This document shows positions 50,357 to 63,320 of a stretch of 63,358 bases of DNA, piece after piece (positions within the stretch are counted from its first letter, which is position 1; each line of letters begins with the position of its first letter). The stretch is taken from assembly GCF_001194135.2 (NCBI RefSeq), contig NC_068983.1, positions 142,416,195-142,479,552 on the forward strand, in the 5' to 3' direction. The notes beneath the pieces are model-generated. The model saw only the letters and a list, made by a program, of their open reading frames with translations. It was not told where the DNA came from and did not search any database. This stretch comes from Octopus bimaculoides (lineage: Eukaryota). Position numbers and translations under genes: made by a program.

Positions 50357-51337
50357 GTGTACACATGTGTGCGTGTGCGTGCATGTGCGCACATATGTAT
50401 ACGTGCGTCCATGTGAGTGTAATGCATAGATTTACCATATGGACGGATAGAAAAGCCATGCTTAAGACAATGTTTTTGCAGCTACGTTTGCCTTCACCGG
50501 TTTAAACAATACATGAGATGAAGAACAAGAAAAAAAATGGTATGAATGGTTGATTTAAACTGAAATATTAACGGATATCTTTCAGAAACTAGAGAATTAC
50601 ATTCATCTTAGCGGAACCAGGGTAAAAACGATTGATAAAAATCAGCTTGAAATCTGAATAGTCATATGATCTGGAACGTCATACAGTCATACAGTCTGTT
50701 TTGTTTCCCCTCCTCCATTCATAATTCAGGCAAGCAAAAGCTTAATGGGCAATGAACTTTATTCCTTCCGATTATGACCAGAACAAAGGCACTAGAACTG
50801 CTTGTAGCAGACGACTAGCGTCGTGACATGATTAATGAATGAAAACTTGAAACAGTGTGTCTTGGGTTCTGAATTCAATGCACAATAGTATAGAGGCATA
50901 CTACGCTCAATCCGCAGCTGAAGTTAGCTGCCAATGATTTGCAAGGCTGCTGATAATCACTCACACTATTTACTTGCTTGCTAGTTTTCTTACTTGCTGG
51001 TTTGTCGGTATGTTTGTTTGATTGCTTGATTGCTTGCTTAGTTGTTTCTGTGTTATGTTGCTAACTAGCTAGTTCGATAACAATATATAGTTAGGTGAAT
51101 AGAAAGATAAATAAATGGGTGAATATATATTTCATTTGANNNNNNNNNNNNNNNNNNNNNNNNNNNNNNNNNNNNNNNNNNNNNNNNNNNNNNNNNNNNN
51201 NNNNNNNNNNNNNNNNNNNNNNNNNNNNNNNNNNNNNNNATACACACACACACACATACCTCTGTACTATGGACTAAAAGGAAGGAACAACGGTCCGATG
51301 AAGCCGATTCTCCGTAGGTACCGACACTAAGGATACG

Positions 51338-52285
51338 TTCGGATGAAATTAACAGTTCGGACAACCACTTCCGTGACGTGATCCATTCTGAATGATTTGC
51401 AACACAATGCCTCCTGGTGCAAAATGCAGTGAAATATCCAAAAACCACGTCCGCCATTTACAGTCTGTACTTTCTCACTGAACTGCGTCACAGCATCTGG
51501 ATTTTTTCCAACCATTGATGGAGCGCCATTTGTAGCCACGTTGATAACACGGGCCCAGTCCACTCTGACCCCTTCCAGCTCTCCAACGAGAGAGATGAAA
51601 ATGTCATTTGCTGTTGTGGTGTCCATCATAGGAACCAACTCCAAGAACTCCTCGGTGACGGTCAAAGTCTCGTTTACACAACGAATGAATATGTCCAGTT
51701 GCGCAACATCCTTAATATCCATGCTCTCATTAATTGCAACTGAATATGCAATAAATGACATGACTTTGTACTTCAGTTGCCTGTCCAAATCTACAGCAAG
51801 ATCTGAAATCCTATCTGCCACAGTGTTTCTCGTCAGGCTAATGTTGGCAAAAGTCTCTCATCAGCTAATGTTGGCTTCTCAGGGCATAGAGATTCTGAAG
51901 CCTTCATTATGCATATTTTCACGAAGTCACCCTCACAGTATGGCTTTGATGCTAATGCTATTTCCCTAGCAACAAGGTAGCAAGCTTTTACTGCTACTTG
52001 ACTGATATCTCGGCTTTGGGTTAAAGCAGACTGTTGTTTCTTCAGATCCGCTAACAATTTATTTACTTTCTCTCTTCCCATTCGTCCTTGCAAGTTATTG
52101 TATTTGTCGGCATGATGAGTCTCATAGTGACGCCGAATATTATATTCCTTGAGCACTGAAACCTGCAGCGAAAACACCAAGTACACAGGTTTCCCATTCA
52201 CCTCCATCAATAAATAGGAAAAGGACCAATTTTCTTGAAATAATCTACACTCTGTATCCAGTTTTCTCCTTTTTGACAAAGACAT
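51338..52285 (-). pseudogene. hAT transposase N-terminal half (Charlie/Buster/SPIN group, GTF2IRD2-like domain)
   Basis: MSLSKRRKLDTECRLFQENW...LKEYNIRRHYETHH (BED-like); YSVAINESMDIKDVAQL; ATNGAPSMVG; FHCILHQEALC (C2H box). At least one frameshift, and both visible catalytic Asp positions read Asn. Confidence 0.93.
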
Positions 52286-52500
52286 TTTGGGTAAGGTAAA
52301 ACAGAGTGAAATGTTGATCTAATAAAAGAAAACACTTTGTTAGTCACTGAATTAATTTCAAAAAGATATGTTTATTTCAACACAATATCTAAAAAAAATC
52401 TTTAGATAATTTAAGGGAGTTTTTCTATTAGAAATTGAATCCTTGACACTATCATCAGTCACACTCAAACAATCAACATTCACAATAATAAGTAAGTAAA

Positions 52501-52698
52501 TACTCTTTTACTTGTTTCAGTCATTTGATTGCGGCCATGCTGGAGCACCGCCTTAAGTCGAGAAAATCAACCCCAGGACTTACTCTTTGTAAGCCTAGTA
52601 CTTATTCTATCGGTCTCTTTTTGCCGAACCGCTAAGTTACGGGGACGTAAACACACCAGCATCGGTTGTCAAACGACGGTGGTGGGACAAACACAGAC

Positions 52699-52739
<41 letters not shown>

Positions 52740-52898
52740 TACGGCAGGCTTCTTCAGTTACCGCCTACCAAATCCACTCACAAGGCTTTGTTCGGCCCGA
52801 GGCTATAGTAGAAGACACTTGTCCAAGGTGCCACGCAGTGGAACTGAACCCGGAACCACGTGGTTGGTAAGCAAGCTACTTACCACACAGCCACTCCT
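52501..52898 (-). mobile_element. SINE family A, full length
   Basis: Head AGGAGTGGCTGTGTGGTAAG (A box), GGTTCCGGGTTCAGTTCC (B box), internal (TA)n, tail ACAAGTAAAAGAGTA. Confidence 0.95.
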
Positions 52899-53997
52899 AA
52901 TTTTTACACTTGTCAAAGTCATCTCGTGGGCCGAATGAAACCTTGCGGGTCGTATGTTTAACATCCCAGCGTTAGAGCTTGTTTACTTTCTCCGATTAGA
53001 GTACAAATTTCGATCTATACAACATTTTATGAATACGTTATTCTGTATCACAACACATTAAATGTGCTTAGTGTAATCCATACCGCTTCTTTATTTTAGT
53101 TATTTCCGTTTGTGTCGGGTTTTTCCCCATGTTTAAATAGCTTCCGAGTTAAGATAGACAGAGATAGTATGAAAGAAGTGTCGAGATAAGCTAACAAAAA
53201 CAAATAAATAAATAAAAAATGAAAGTCGGTAAGAAAGAGGAGAGTGGGAAATAGATGAATGAATGATTTGTATGCATGAAGACGCCAACGTGCCAATGAA
53301 AATATATAATTTTCTACGTTTTTTTTTTTGTTATCATGCAAAAACGAACTCACACACACACACACACACACAAATACACATACACACACATACATTAAGA
53401 TAAGAGATAAAAAAAAAAAATATTAATTAATCTCACATGTTAAAACTATGAATAAAGATAACAGTTTCATTCTCATTATAGATAGCTACTGCCGTGAACA
53501 AGGGTGCGGTGTGAAATTTCCCCAAAGTACCTTAGGTGGTCACTTGACTTGTGGCTGATGTTTCTAGCAGCCAGATCACCTTCAAGACACAGCCTAGCGT
53601 CGTATTGGGATAGTCACGGACGGAGTGTCTTTAATCATGGATCTGGTCAATTAAGGACATGAGGCTAGACAATGATATATAAACACAATGAACTGTTTAC
53701 AATAGATTAGAAATCAAAATAATCCCCCAATCTGCTTTAGGACAATCGTGTGTATGTTGTGTGTATGTTGTGTGTATGTTGTGTGTATGTGTGTGTGCGT
53801 ATGTATCGTGCGTGCGTTCGGCCTTTTTGATTCAAAGGTGTTTTTTAACTTAATATATTACATGCTATTATTTATAGTTTTGTCCACTTCGAGGAAATGA
53901 ACCAATGAAATGATTTATCACGCGCGCACGCACACGCACACGCACACATATATGTACACACATATTTGTATATACAAAAACATTTATATATATATAT

Positions 53998-54349
53998 AGG
54001 AGTGGCTGTATAGGCGCAGGAGTGGCTGTATAGGCGCAGGAGTGGCTGTATAGGCGCAGGAGTGGCTGTGTGGTAAGTAGCTTGCTTACCTTTATGTTGG
54101 TCTGTCTTTGTTCGTCCCCTCTTTGTAAGGCTTTAATGGCCAAATAATTGTTTGTTCCCCCAACATTGCTTGACAACCGATGCTGGTGTGTTTACATCCC
54201 CGTAACTTAGGGGTTCGGCAAAAGGGACCGATAGAATAAAGTACTAGGCTTACAAAGAATAAGTCCTAGGGTCGATCTGCTCGACTAAAGGCGGTGCTCC
54301 AGCATGGCCGCAGTCAAATGACTGAAACAAGTAAAAGAGGAAAAGAGTA
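53998..54349 (+). mobile_element. SINE family A, rearranged (triplicated head, internal replacement)
   Basis: AGGAGTGGCTGTATAGGCGC x3, then the normal head. The B box and middle are absent; the 3' domain is intact. Confidence 0.9.
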
Positions 54350-54619
54350 TACACACACACACAAATTAAATTTAAATGTTGAAGTGAATCTAACGGTTTT
54401 TGTGTGTTTCTTAAATGGCTTATAAACACCTTCCACGCTGCAATTGTTTTCGTTCTAGCACACGATCTCAGATCTGATCACTTGCTATGGAAGTACATCT
54501 CAGTAACGGAAGTTATAAATATATTCTTGAATAACGAATACATTTTTCGTATAATAAAACTACTTTACCAAGAAATATAACTAAAAGGTTTCTGTTGACC
54601 TGCACAAGCGGGGTTCCGT

Positions 54620-54800
54620 TTTCTCTCACTCACAATGTAATACCTAGAAAGACAAGGTGATTGTGGGTTTCCCATCTGGCTCTACATTTGCGCCATTTTC
54701 CATGGCTAACGTTGAAAACAAAGTCGTTCCTAAACATAGCTACACAATCTATGCCATTTATGTTGATTACATAATCATTGTGACAAATACGGACGGAAAA
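54620..54800 (+). mobile_element. Penelope-like element RT remnant
   Basis: VIVGFPSGSTFAPFSMANVENK...IYAIYVDYIIIV resembles the PLE GxAMGSPLGPTFANFxMAxxE...YxRYVDDIF pattern. Confidence 0.62.
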
Positions 54801-55250
54801 ATTTATATATACATATTAATATTTAGCAAAAGTAACAGAGTGGCTGAAGGTCCGAGAGTTTGACTATGAGTCACTGTTACTTCTGCTAAACATTAATAAA
54901 AAATATACTTATACTCATATTTTGAGTTCTATTTTACCTGTTTGCATCAACATTCCTATATAAATGTAATCCACATACGTACACTCATACACATATTAGC
55001 ATGAATGTGTGTGCGTGTGCGTGTGTGTGAGAGAGAGAGAAAGAGAGAGAGAGAGAGTATTTCACAAGCGTACAGCGATAAACACTTTGTGAAAATATCT
55101 GTAGCAATACGTATTCGAAAAACATTTAGAAATAGAAACATATACATACATACTCAGACACATGCATGTACAAATGCATGATTATCAAGAAATACACGTG
55201 CACACATACACAAAAAGCAGCTGCATTGTAAACTCACACACATACACACT

Positions 55251-55254
<4 letters not shown>

Positions 55255-55310
<56 letters not shown>

Positions 55311-55326
55311 GAGAGAGATAGATAGG

Positions 55327-55394
<68 letters not shown>

Positions 55395-55397
55395 CAG
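55255..55397. repeat. (GACA)n-(GATA)n tetranucleotide tract
   Basis: Directly visible. Confidence 0.95.
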
Positions 55398-56044
55398 ATA
55401 TATCTAGGAGCTATATATATTTATATATCTTTTATACACATTAATAGATGTACATATACTCAGATCTATAAGGTGGAGATACACAAGTAAACACAATTAT
55501 TTATGTACGCAAAAGCATATGCAAATATGTGCAGAAACCAATATATTTGTTAGTCTCTTGCTATTAGAGTGTGACTGTGACCATATTTTTGGCGAAACTC
55601 GACAATTGATTTCTCACTTAGTTACGAGATCATACATCTATGTGGAATGGAAGGAAAATAATGTTACGTTAATGTTTTTGTGAAGAGCACTAATGACGTA
55701 AATGCATGGAAATGGATCAATTCTCTCTCATAGTCTCTTGAGCTTACTTCTTGAGCTTTAGCTCTTGTTCTAAGGTATTCCACAACTCAAGTGTTGTATT
55801 TTTGTTTTAGTGTTGGTTACTTGAACACACAATGAAATAGTTGTAATCAATTAATTCAATATCCGTAAAGTAACCAAATACTTACTATATCGAAATTCAT
55901 AAAGTATTAAGTCCGATGAGATCTGAACATGGAAATGAAAAAAGTGATATTAAAAGCTATTTACACACACCATTCTTTTTTATGTAGATTTTGTTATAGC
56001 TTTATATAAATTATAGATATTTTCATGAAAATTTTCGTTATAAG

Positions 56045-56250
56045 TGTGGTGGATTGACCGAATCGATAGAGCGTCGAAAAAATACAGTGCGGCATTTTTT
56101 CCGGCTCATTATAACATTCTGGGTTCAAATCTCGCCAAGGTCAACTCTGCCTCTCATCCTTTTGGAATCGATAAAATGAAGTTCCAGTTCAGTGCAGGGA
56201 TCTAACTGCCTGTCTTCATAATTACTGGCTTTGTGTCTAAATCAAAAACC
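56045..56250 (+). mobile_element. SINE family B-related, old copy
   Basis: GGGTTCAAATCTCGCCAAGGTCAACTCTGCCTCTCATCCTTTTGGAATCGATAAAATG. Confidence 0.7.
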
Positions 56251-56394
56251 ATTATTTTTCTACCAGACAACGAGGAGCTTCTATGTGATAGCTCAAACTC
56301 CTCGAAATAGAAACGTACATACATACATACATACATGTGGGTGTGGATGTTAGGGTGTGAATGTTTAAAATTTTGAAACAAAGCCAGCGATTTC

Positions 56395-56578
56395 GGGGGA
56401 GGAGGTAAGTCGATTACATTGACCACAATGCTTAACTGATATTTATTTCATCGACCCCGAAAGGATGAAAGGCAAAATCAACCTCGGCGGAATTTGATCT
56501 CAGAAAGTAAAAGACGGATGAAATACCGCTAAGCATTTTGCCAGGCGTGCTAATGACTCTGCCTGCTCGTCACCTTAT
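56395..56578 (-). mobile_element. SINE family B
   Basis: CGACCCCGAAAGGATGAAAGGCAAAATCAACCTCGGCGGAATTTG...AAATACCGCTAAGCATTT. Confidence 0.88.
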
Positions 56579-57769
56579 TGCAGTTTAATATTGATGTTTA
56601 TGATTATCTTGCACATAGAGCCGTAGCCATAGCCGTATGATTAAGAAGCTCGCTTCACAACCACGTGGCTTTAGTGAAATGACAAGTAAAATATACTCGA
56701 CCTCGAATCAAAATCATTGGGCAGTGAGCAGGAGGGGGAGCAGATCTCTTCATCTTCCTACAGTCGTCTCACAGTTTGCATATAAAAGTCGAAAGAATAT
56801 CTCAGTCGTACAAATAAGAACTATGAGATAAGGATGGTCGAGTGAGCAAATGTTTGACAATCAGATTAACTTGAAATCGTGTCGTGGGGATCATTAGAAT
56901 TTCAACGTGATCAAGAGTTGATGGGAGCATGATTGAATTCCGAATTCAGCCTGATCAAGCCCGCAAGGTAGGTGATCTACATCACATAAGTGAATGTCAA
57001 CGAAACTAAGCTGTCATATTTGCGTATCACATTCTGAAATGTCAAAGGCGGTCCTTATCAGAGTATCAAAGTAATTAAACTGAAAACTAGGCTCAGGATC
57101 GTCCCTGTTTAGAATATTGCTGACACATAAAATAAATAATGCGTTTAACGTTACCAGTAATGAGATTTACCCAAATTTATCAGGACTTGATGGTAAAACA
57201 GCAAACATGTATCTTAAAGAACGGAGCAGAGAACAGCCAAAGAGAGGGGAAAAGGTTCTACATAAAGGCATGCCTTGCTAGAAATAACAACAAAATCTCC
57301 AACAAATCACAAGAAGAGAAGTAATTTAAAGTAGTGTTTCATAAATTGTACATTAAATCTACATGGGACGATTACATCTTGGAAACTATCACTAATTCAC
57401 TATTCACACCAAGGCTTCTTTAGGGTTAAACAACAATTACTGAAAATAAATGCAATGGATACATTAGTTGAACAAAATAGGTTCTTAATATTCGCTTCCT
57501 TTCTAATAATTATAACCCGACTGATATATACATTTTTTCTCCCCCCAATCCTCCCCGATTCTTCTCTTCCTTTCACCGTTCCCTCTCTCACTCCTCCTCA
57601 TTGACCCTCTCGTCGCTGATACGTGACGAAAGGGATTCTTTCTTTCTATTTCCTGCCTTCCTATAGAGAAGACGCAAATTTTTTCACTCTCTAACTAGCG
57701 TTCAAAATAATTTTTCTATCGTCTTGGCCTAACCGCCCTTACCGTTTGTTTTCACTGTTTTGACTTGTT

Positions 57770-58077
57770 TTTACTGTCTTGTTCTCACTCTCCTGTTCTT
57801 GTTTGCACTTTCACCCTCCACAAGAGTTTCCAAATTTTTATTAATTTGCTTGCGGGAAGGACTGCTCCAACGAAGTCGCGTATTGTCCTTGCCTTCGAAA
57901 CGTGGAGTAGATGGAGCAGGGACAACTGAAGAAGGGTAATATTCTTTATGTTGCATGTCTCGTTTCTCTGTTAGTGTTTTTCGTTGTTCAAAAAAAGTTC
58001 GTTTTCTGTCTTCGTCTTTATGCTTTCGTTTCCCATTGTGTTTAACGTCTTTTGTGATGTCCTGTACCCATATATGC
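57770..58077. repeat. Unclassified repeat, possibly a Penelope-type LTR
   Basis: Contains GAAACG and CTGAAGA motifs around a hairpin; terminus shared with 21006-21029. Confidence 0.4.
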
Positions 58078-58841
58078 TTGTATGTATACATTTAGATGTC
58101 GATATGTACATATATGTATGGATATATGCATATAATTATATATTATTTATGTTATCATATATATATATATATATATATATANNNNNNNNNNNNNNNNNNN
58201 NNNNNNNNNNNNNNNNNNNNNNNNNNNNNNNNNNNNNNNNNNNNNNNNNNNNNNNNNNNNNNNNNNNNNNNNNNNNNNNNNNNNNNNNNNNNNNNNNNNN
58301 NNNNNNNNNNNNNNNNNNNNNNNNNNNNNNNNNNNNNNNNNNNNNNNNNNNNNNNNNNNNNNNNNNNNNNNNNNNNNNNNNNNNNNNNNNNNNNNNNNNN
58401 NNNNNNNNNNNNNNNNNNNNNNNNNNNNNNNNNNNNNNNNNNNNNNNNNNNNNNNNNNNNNNNNNNNNNNNNNNNNNNNNNNNNNNNNNNNNNNNNNNNN
58501 NNNNNNNNNNNNNNNNNNNNNNNNNNNNNNNNNNTGAAATAGAAATAGATTTGTTATAAAACTGGATTCAATGCATACGTACATTTCGATAAACGATGCA
58601 AAAAATTTAAGAAAAAATTTACATCATAGTGATTAAGTGTATAATTGAAAATAAACAATTAAAATATCAAAATTAAGAATAAAAATGAAAATAAAATTTA
58701 AAATTTAATTTGTACTTTGCCATTCTCTTCAGTGAAGAATCTTTTGAGGGACATCAAAAAAGTTTAATAACATGAAGTAGAATGAGATAAAAATAAAATA
58801 AAATGAAAATAAAATAAGATACAATAAGAGAACACAGATGG

Positions 58842-58963
58842 GGGAAATCTGGTAATTTACAAATTAGGGAAATCTGGTAATTTACAAATAAGGGAAAACT
58901 GGTAATTTACAAATAAGGGAAATCTGGTAATTTACAAATAAGAGAAATCTGGTAATTTACAAA
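58842..58963. repeat. 25-bp minisatellite x~5 (GGGAAATCTGGTAATTTACAAATAA)
   Basis: Five consecutive units with 0-2 substitutions each. Confidence 0.95.
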
Positions 58964-59176
58964 CCAAGTTGTGAACGGGAAAAATAATGATATCAACAAT
59001 ACTAATGGTGGGAGAAACGAAAAAGAAAAATGATATATATATCAACGTGTATGCAAGTGTATATGTGCATATGCCCTTGCATACACATTGATATATTTCC
59101 TCCTATTTCCTCGCAGATTACAAGACAAATTTCTTTTAGACATCTGGCAGAAAGATGATGAAAAGTCGAATCACAA

Positions 59177-59223
<47 letters not shown>

Positions 59224-61524
59224 TGTATGTTTGTATGTATCTATTGCAATATTATTTTTTAAAACATAAATTATGACGAAAATAGTAACAACTTCGATTA
59301 AAAAATGAAGTAAAAACATGATACAATCTGTACCATGAAAAGTAATGCAAATGGGGAAAATGAGCAAAAAATAATTTGTGAAATATACTGGCAGATGGCA
59401 ACACATACTCTATATGTGACATTATTCTGACGATAGTAGACTGTTAGCGACGAAACAATGGGTTGAGTAGGGAAATTAGCGTAGACACATATACACATAT
59501 ACGCACACATACTTGCACATGCATTTGCATTATATGCATACACTCATAAACACTCGAAATGTTAGATATGACCTCTTCCTCACGGCAAACTAATTTTTTC
59601 TACTTTTCAACTGCTTATATCCACTAATTATCATAATCATAACAGACCATTATTAATTCCCTCTCATCCTTCTATTTATTTCTTGAATGAGATGCATGTC
59701 TATTGTAGTTAAGAAATTAAAATCGAGAAAACTGAGTGGAAACTGCATTCCAGAAGTTGAACAAAAGTTCATAAATAGAGCCATTGTATTATGAACGATC
59801 AGAGAGCAATAAAATAGTAGGGGCACCGGTTGTTCTGTTGGGACTGGTTAAACATGGTACATATTTACATATACTTATTTACATATATTATTTGATGCGG
59901 TTATTTTTAGCATTTCACTAAAATCTCTCGAAACATTTACAATGCAGCATTTGGTTGCAGTGTTCATTTATGGTACTTTGAGGTACCTTATTAATGTCTG
60001 GTGACTGGGCCATCGAGGGATAAATATCTTGACCATAGACAGCGTTGCATTGATAAAATGAGACGTAAATTCTTAAATCATGAAAATAATATACGAATTT
60101 CTTTTCAGTTAATCATACATCAGCCTTCAAATAAGAAGACTTAATCAATTACAATTTATTCTTATGAGGATCGCTAAAAAATCAACCACGATGACTCGAT
60201 TGGTACACTGTTATCGATCTGTGAAGGCTAAAAACCCTAACTGAGCTCAACATGATTTGAACTCAGAACGTAATGTGACTAAATAAATAAAGGCAATTTG
60301 TCAAGCTTTTTACTTACTTTCTCTCTCATTTCATTGCCGATTGTAACTTCTGTAAGAGCGATAACACAGATTCCATCAAGGTCAACTTTTGAATCGTCAA
60401 AGAAATCTTAGAATAAAATTATCTAAAAATAAAATGGAACATGGATAAAACTGCCCCAGTTTTGGCTGATACGTAATGTAAAATCTGAACGTGTCACAAT
60501 ATAAGATATCATTTAACCTTGAAATATATTAAATGGTTAATGCGATGTACGCAAAAAAACACGCCATTTTGTACGTTTATCTCAGCATAATATATATCCA
60601 GATTGTACTTATTCCTGTAATTTTGTTATTGTTGTTGTTTGTGGAGTTATTATTGTTATTGTTTATGGAGTCATTATTACTGCTGTTATTGTTGTTACTG
60701 TTATTGTTTATGTAGTTCTTGCTGCTGCTGTTTTTCCAATTCTAATCTAATTACCATTGTTGTTTATTAAATCAGGTATTTGGTTTCAAGTCTAACCCAG
60801 ATATTTGAGGCTAACATCTTCAATAGATGCGTTCACATCATGGCTGGTAACTTAACTGGTTTCTCTTCCCGCTCACTTGTGCTTTCTATAACTTTATATT
60901 TCTGTCTCCTCTTTGCTTCTGCATCAATAACTATTTCTTTCATTCCGCGCTTTGTCCACAGTCAGCTTTCAGCTCAGCAATTTTTGGGAAATAAGGTATT
61001 TTCTAAACACATGTTATTACATGAATTACACATGTTATTATTTCTAAACATGTTATTACAGATTGCTTCATATTTTAGTAGACTGAAGGAAAAAAAGGGT
61101 TGGTATAGGTAACATTTTGTCCCCTTTCGTATTATTTCTGAAAAAGCTAAATTCACGAGTATACGGAACAAAAAGATTTGAATGTGACGTTTAAAATCGT
61201 TCCCAGTGCACAGTGTGTATGTGTATGCCTTTCAGAATCATATATGGATGGAAGATGTAAGCATCAGTGGCAAAATCGGTAAACTTGTGATTCATACCAA
61301 AATACTTGTGATATTTCTTCTGCCCGAGCTATACACTTGCCACCCTAAATGCAGTGAACCAGTGATTGGCCCCTTCTTGGAAAGTTGTAACTAAAATGCG
61401 GTATAAATCAAAACTATGTGGTCAAGAAGTTGTTGGGAAATTGTTATTGATACTATTTCTGTTGTTGCAGTCTAATCAGTCTACTTAGTGAAATTTTTGC
61501 ACTAATTTATATAATTTATATGTG

Positions 61525-61724
61525 AAGGCGGCGAGCTGGCAGAATCATTAGCAAGCCGGGCGAAATGCTTAGCGGTATTTCGTCTGCTGTTACATTCTGA
61601 ATTCAAATTCCGCCGAGGTCGACTTTGCCTTTCATCCTTTCGGGGACGATAAATTAAGTACCAGTTACACACTGGGCCTATGTAATCGACTTAATCCTTT
61701 TGTCTATCCTTGTTTGTCCCCTCT
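61525..61724 (+). mobile_element. SINE family B (runs into gap)
   Basis: GGCGGCGAGCTGGCAGAATCATTAGC (A box) ... GAATTCAAATTCCGCCGAGGTCGAC (B box). Confidence 0.92.
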
Positions 61725-62530
61725 NNNNNNNNNNNNNNNNNNNNNNNNNNNNNNNNNNNNNNNNNNNNNNNNNNNNNNNNNNNNNNNNNNNNNNNNNNNN
61801 NNNNNNNNNNNNNNNNNNNNNNNNNNNNNNNNNNNNNNNNNNNNNNNNNNNNNNNNNNNNNNNNNNNNNNNNNNNNNNNNNNNNNNNNNNNNNNNNNNNN
61901 NNNNNNNNNNNNNNNNNNNNNNNNNNNNNNNNNNNNNNNNNNNNNNNNNNNNNNNNNNNNNNNNNNNNNNNNNNNNNNNNNNNNNNNNNNNNNNNNNNNN
62001 NNNNNNNNNNNNNNNNNNNNNNNNNNNNNNNNNNNNNNNNNNNNNNNNNNNNNNNNNNNNNNNNNNNNNNNNNNNNNNNNNNNNNNNNNNNNNNNNNNNN
62101 NNNNNNNNNNNNNNNNNNNNNNNNNNNNNNNNNNNNNNNNNNNNNNNNNNNNNNNNNNNNNNNNNNNNNNNNNNNNNNNNNNNNNNNNNNNNNNNNNNNN
62201 NNNNNNNNNNNNNNNNNNNNNNNNNNNNNNNNNNNNNNNNNNNNNNNNNNNNNNNNNNNNNNNNNNNNNNNNNNNNNNNNNNNNNNNNNNNNNNNNNNNN
62301 NNNNNNNNNNNNNNNNNNNNNNNNNNNNNNNNNNNNNNNNNNNNNNNNNNNNNNNNNNNNNNNNNNNNNNNNNNNNNNNNNNNNNNNNNNNNNNNNNNNN
62401 NNNNNNNNNNNNNNNNNNNNNNNNNNNNNNNNNNNNNNNNNNNNNNNNNNNNNNNNNNNNNNNNNNNNNNNNNNNNNNNNNNNNNNNNNNNNNNNNNNNN
62501 NNNNNNNNNNNNNNNNNNNNNNNNNNNNNN

Positions 62531-62646
<116 letters not shown>

Positions 62647-63320
62647 GCAACAACGACAACGGAAACAACCATACCATTGTATTTAAAATAGCGCTCACTT
62701 CTACTTGCCATATACTCAATGAATCACATTCATTGAAGAGCTAAAATAACAAAACAAAATGCAAAAGTACAAAATATGTTCTGAGTCGGTAATCATTCAT
62801 AAAAGCTTCGCCCGACCTTCCATTGATGAGATTACAAACGTTTCAGACAAACAAAGGCCTTCTCATTCTTGTTTTGTTTTGTTTTATTTTTTCATTTTGC
62901 TCTGTTTTGTCTTCCATTTTTTTAATCAATTCATTTTTTAAAAAATTTATGGTGTGGAATTTAATGAAGAACTTATTACATAGTCTTGCGTATGAATACA
63001 TGCATGCATAGTGTGTACTGAATGTACGGTCGTAATAATGACTTGAGCTCATGAATCCTATAAGTCACATGTGTTATATATTGTTGGAAGGAATGGGAAG
63101 AAAAGGAATAATAAGATTAAATATAAGTGCATTCACAAAAATTAGGCACACACGCTTTATATTCATGTCTATGCACACGCGCGTACGCGCACACACATAC
63201 AGGGTGTTCATGAATTATCTTTACAATAGAGATTGTATGTATGTATATATATATATATATATATATACACACGCATATATATATATATACACATATGTAT
63301 GTATATATAAATATATACAC

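Noticed and set aside
51338-52285. Domesticated GTF2IRD2/EPM2AIP1/ZBED-like host gene
   Set aside because: Frameshifted, truncated before the C-terminal half and flanked by repeats, so it is better explained as a dead transposon. No gene symbol assigned.
52800-52898. tRNA gene calls at SINE heads (also 31075-31145, 61525-61620)
   Set aside because: A/B boxes are present, but there is no complete cloverleaf and they continue into SINE bodies.
58842-58963. Short direct repeats as a possible CRISPR array (also 6873-6928, 48511-48591, 53998-54057)
   Set aside because: Units are contiguous with no unique spacers, the context is eukaryotic and there are no cas genes.
60830-61000. Possible host exon (pyrimidine tract-CAG at 60961 on +; short charged peptide on -)
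   Set aside because: Weak donor, stop-bounded frames and no recognisable domain; needs RNA-seq.
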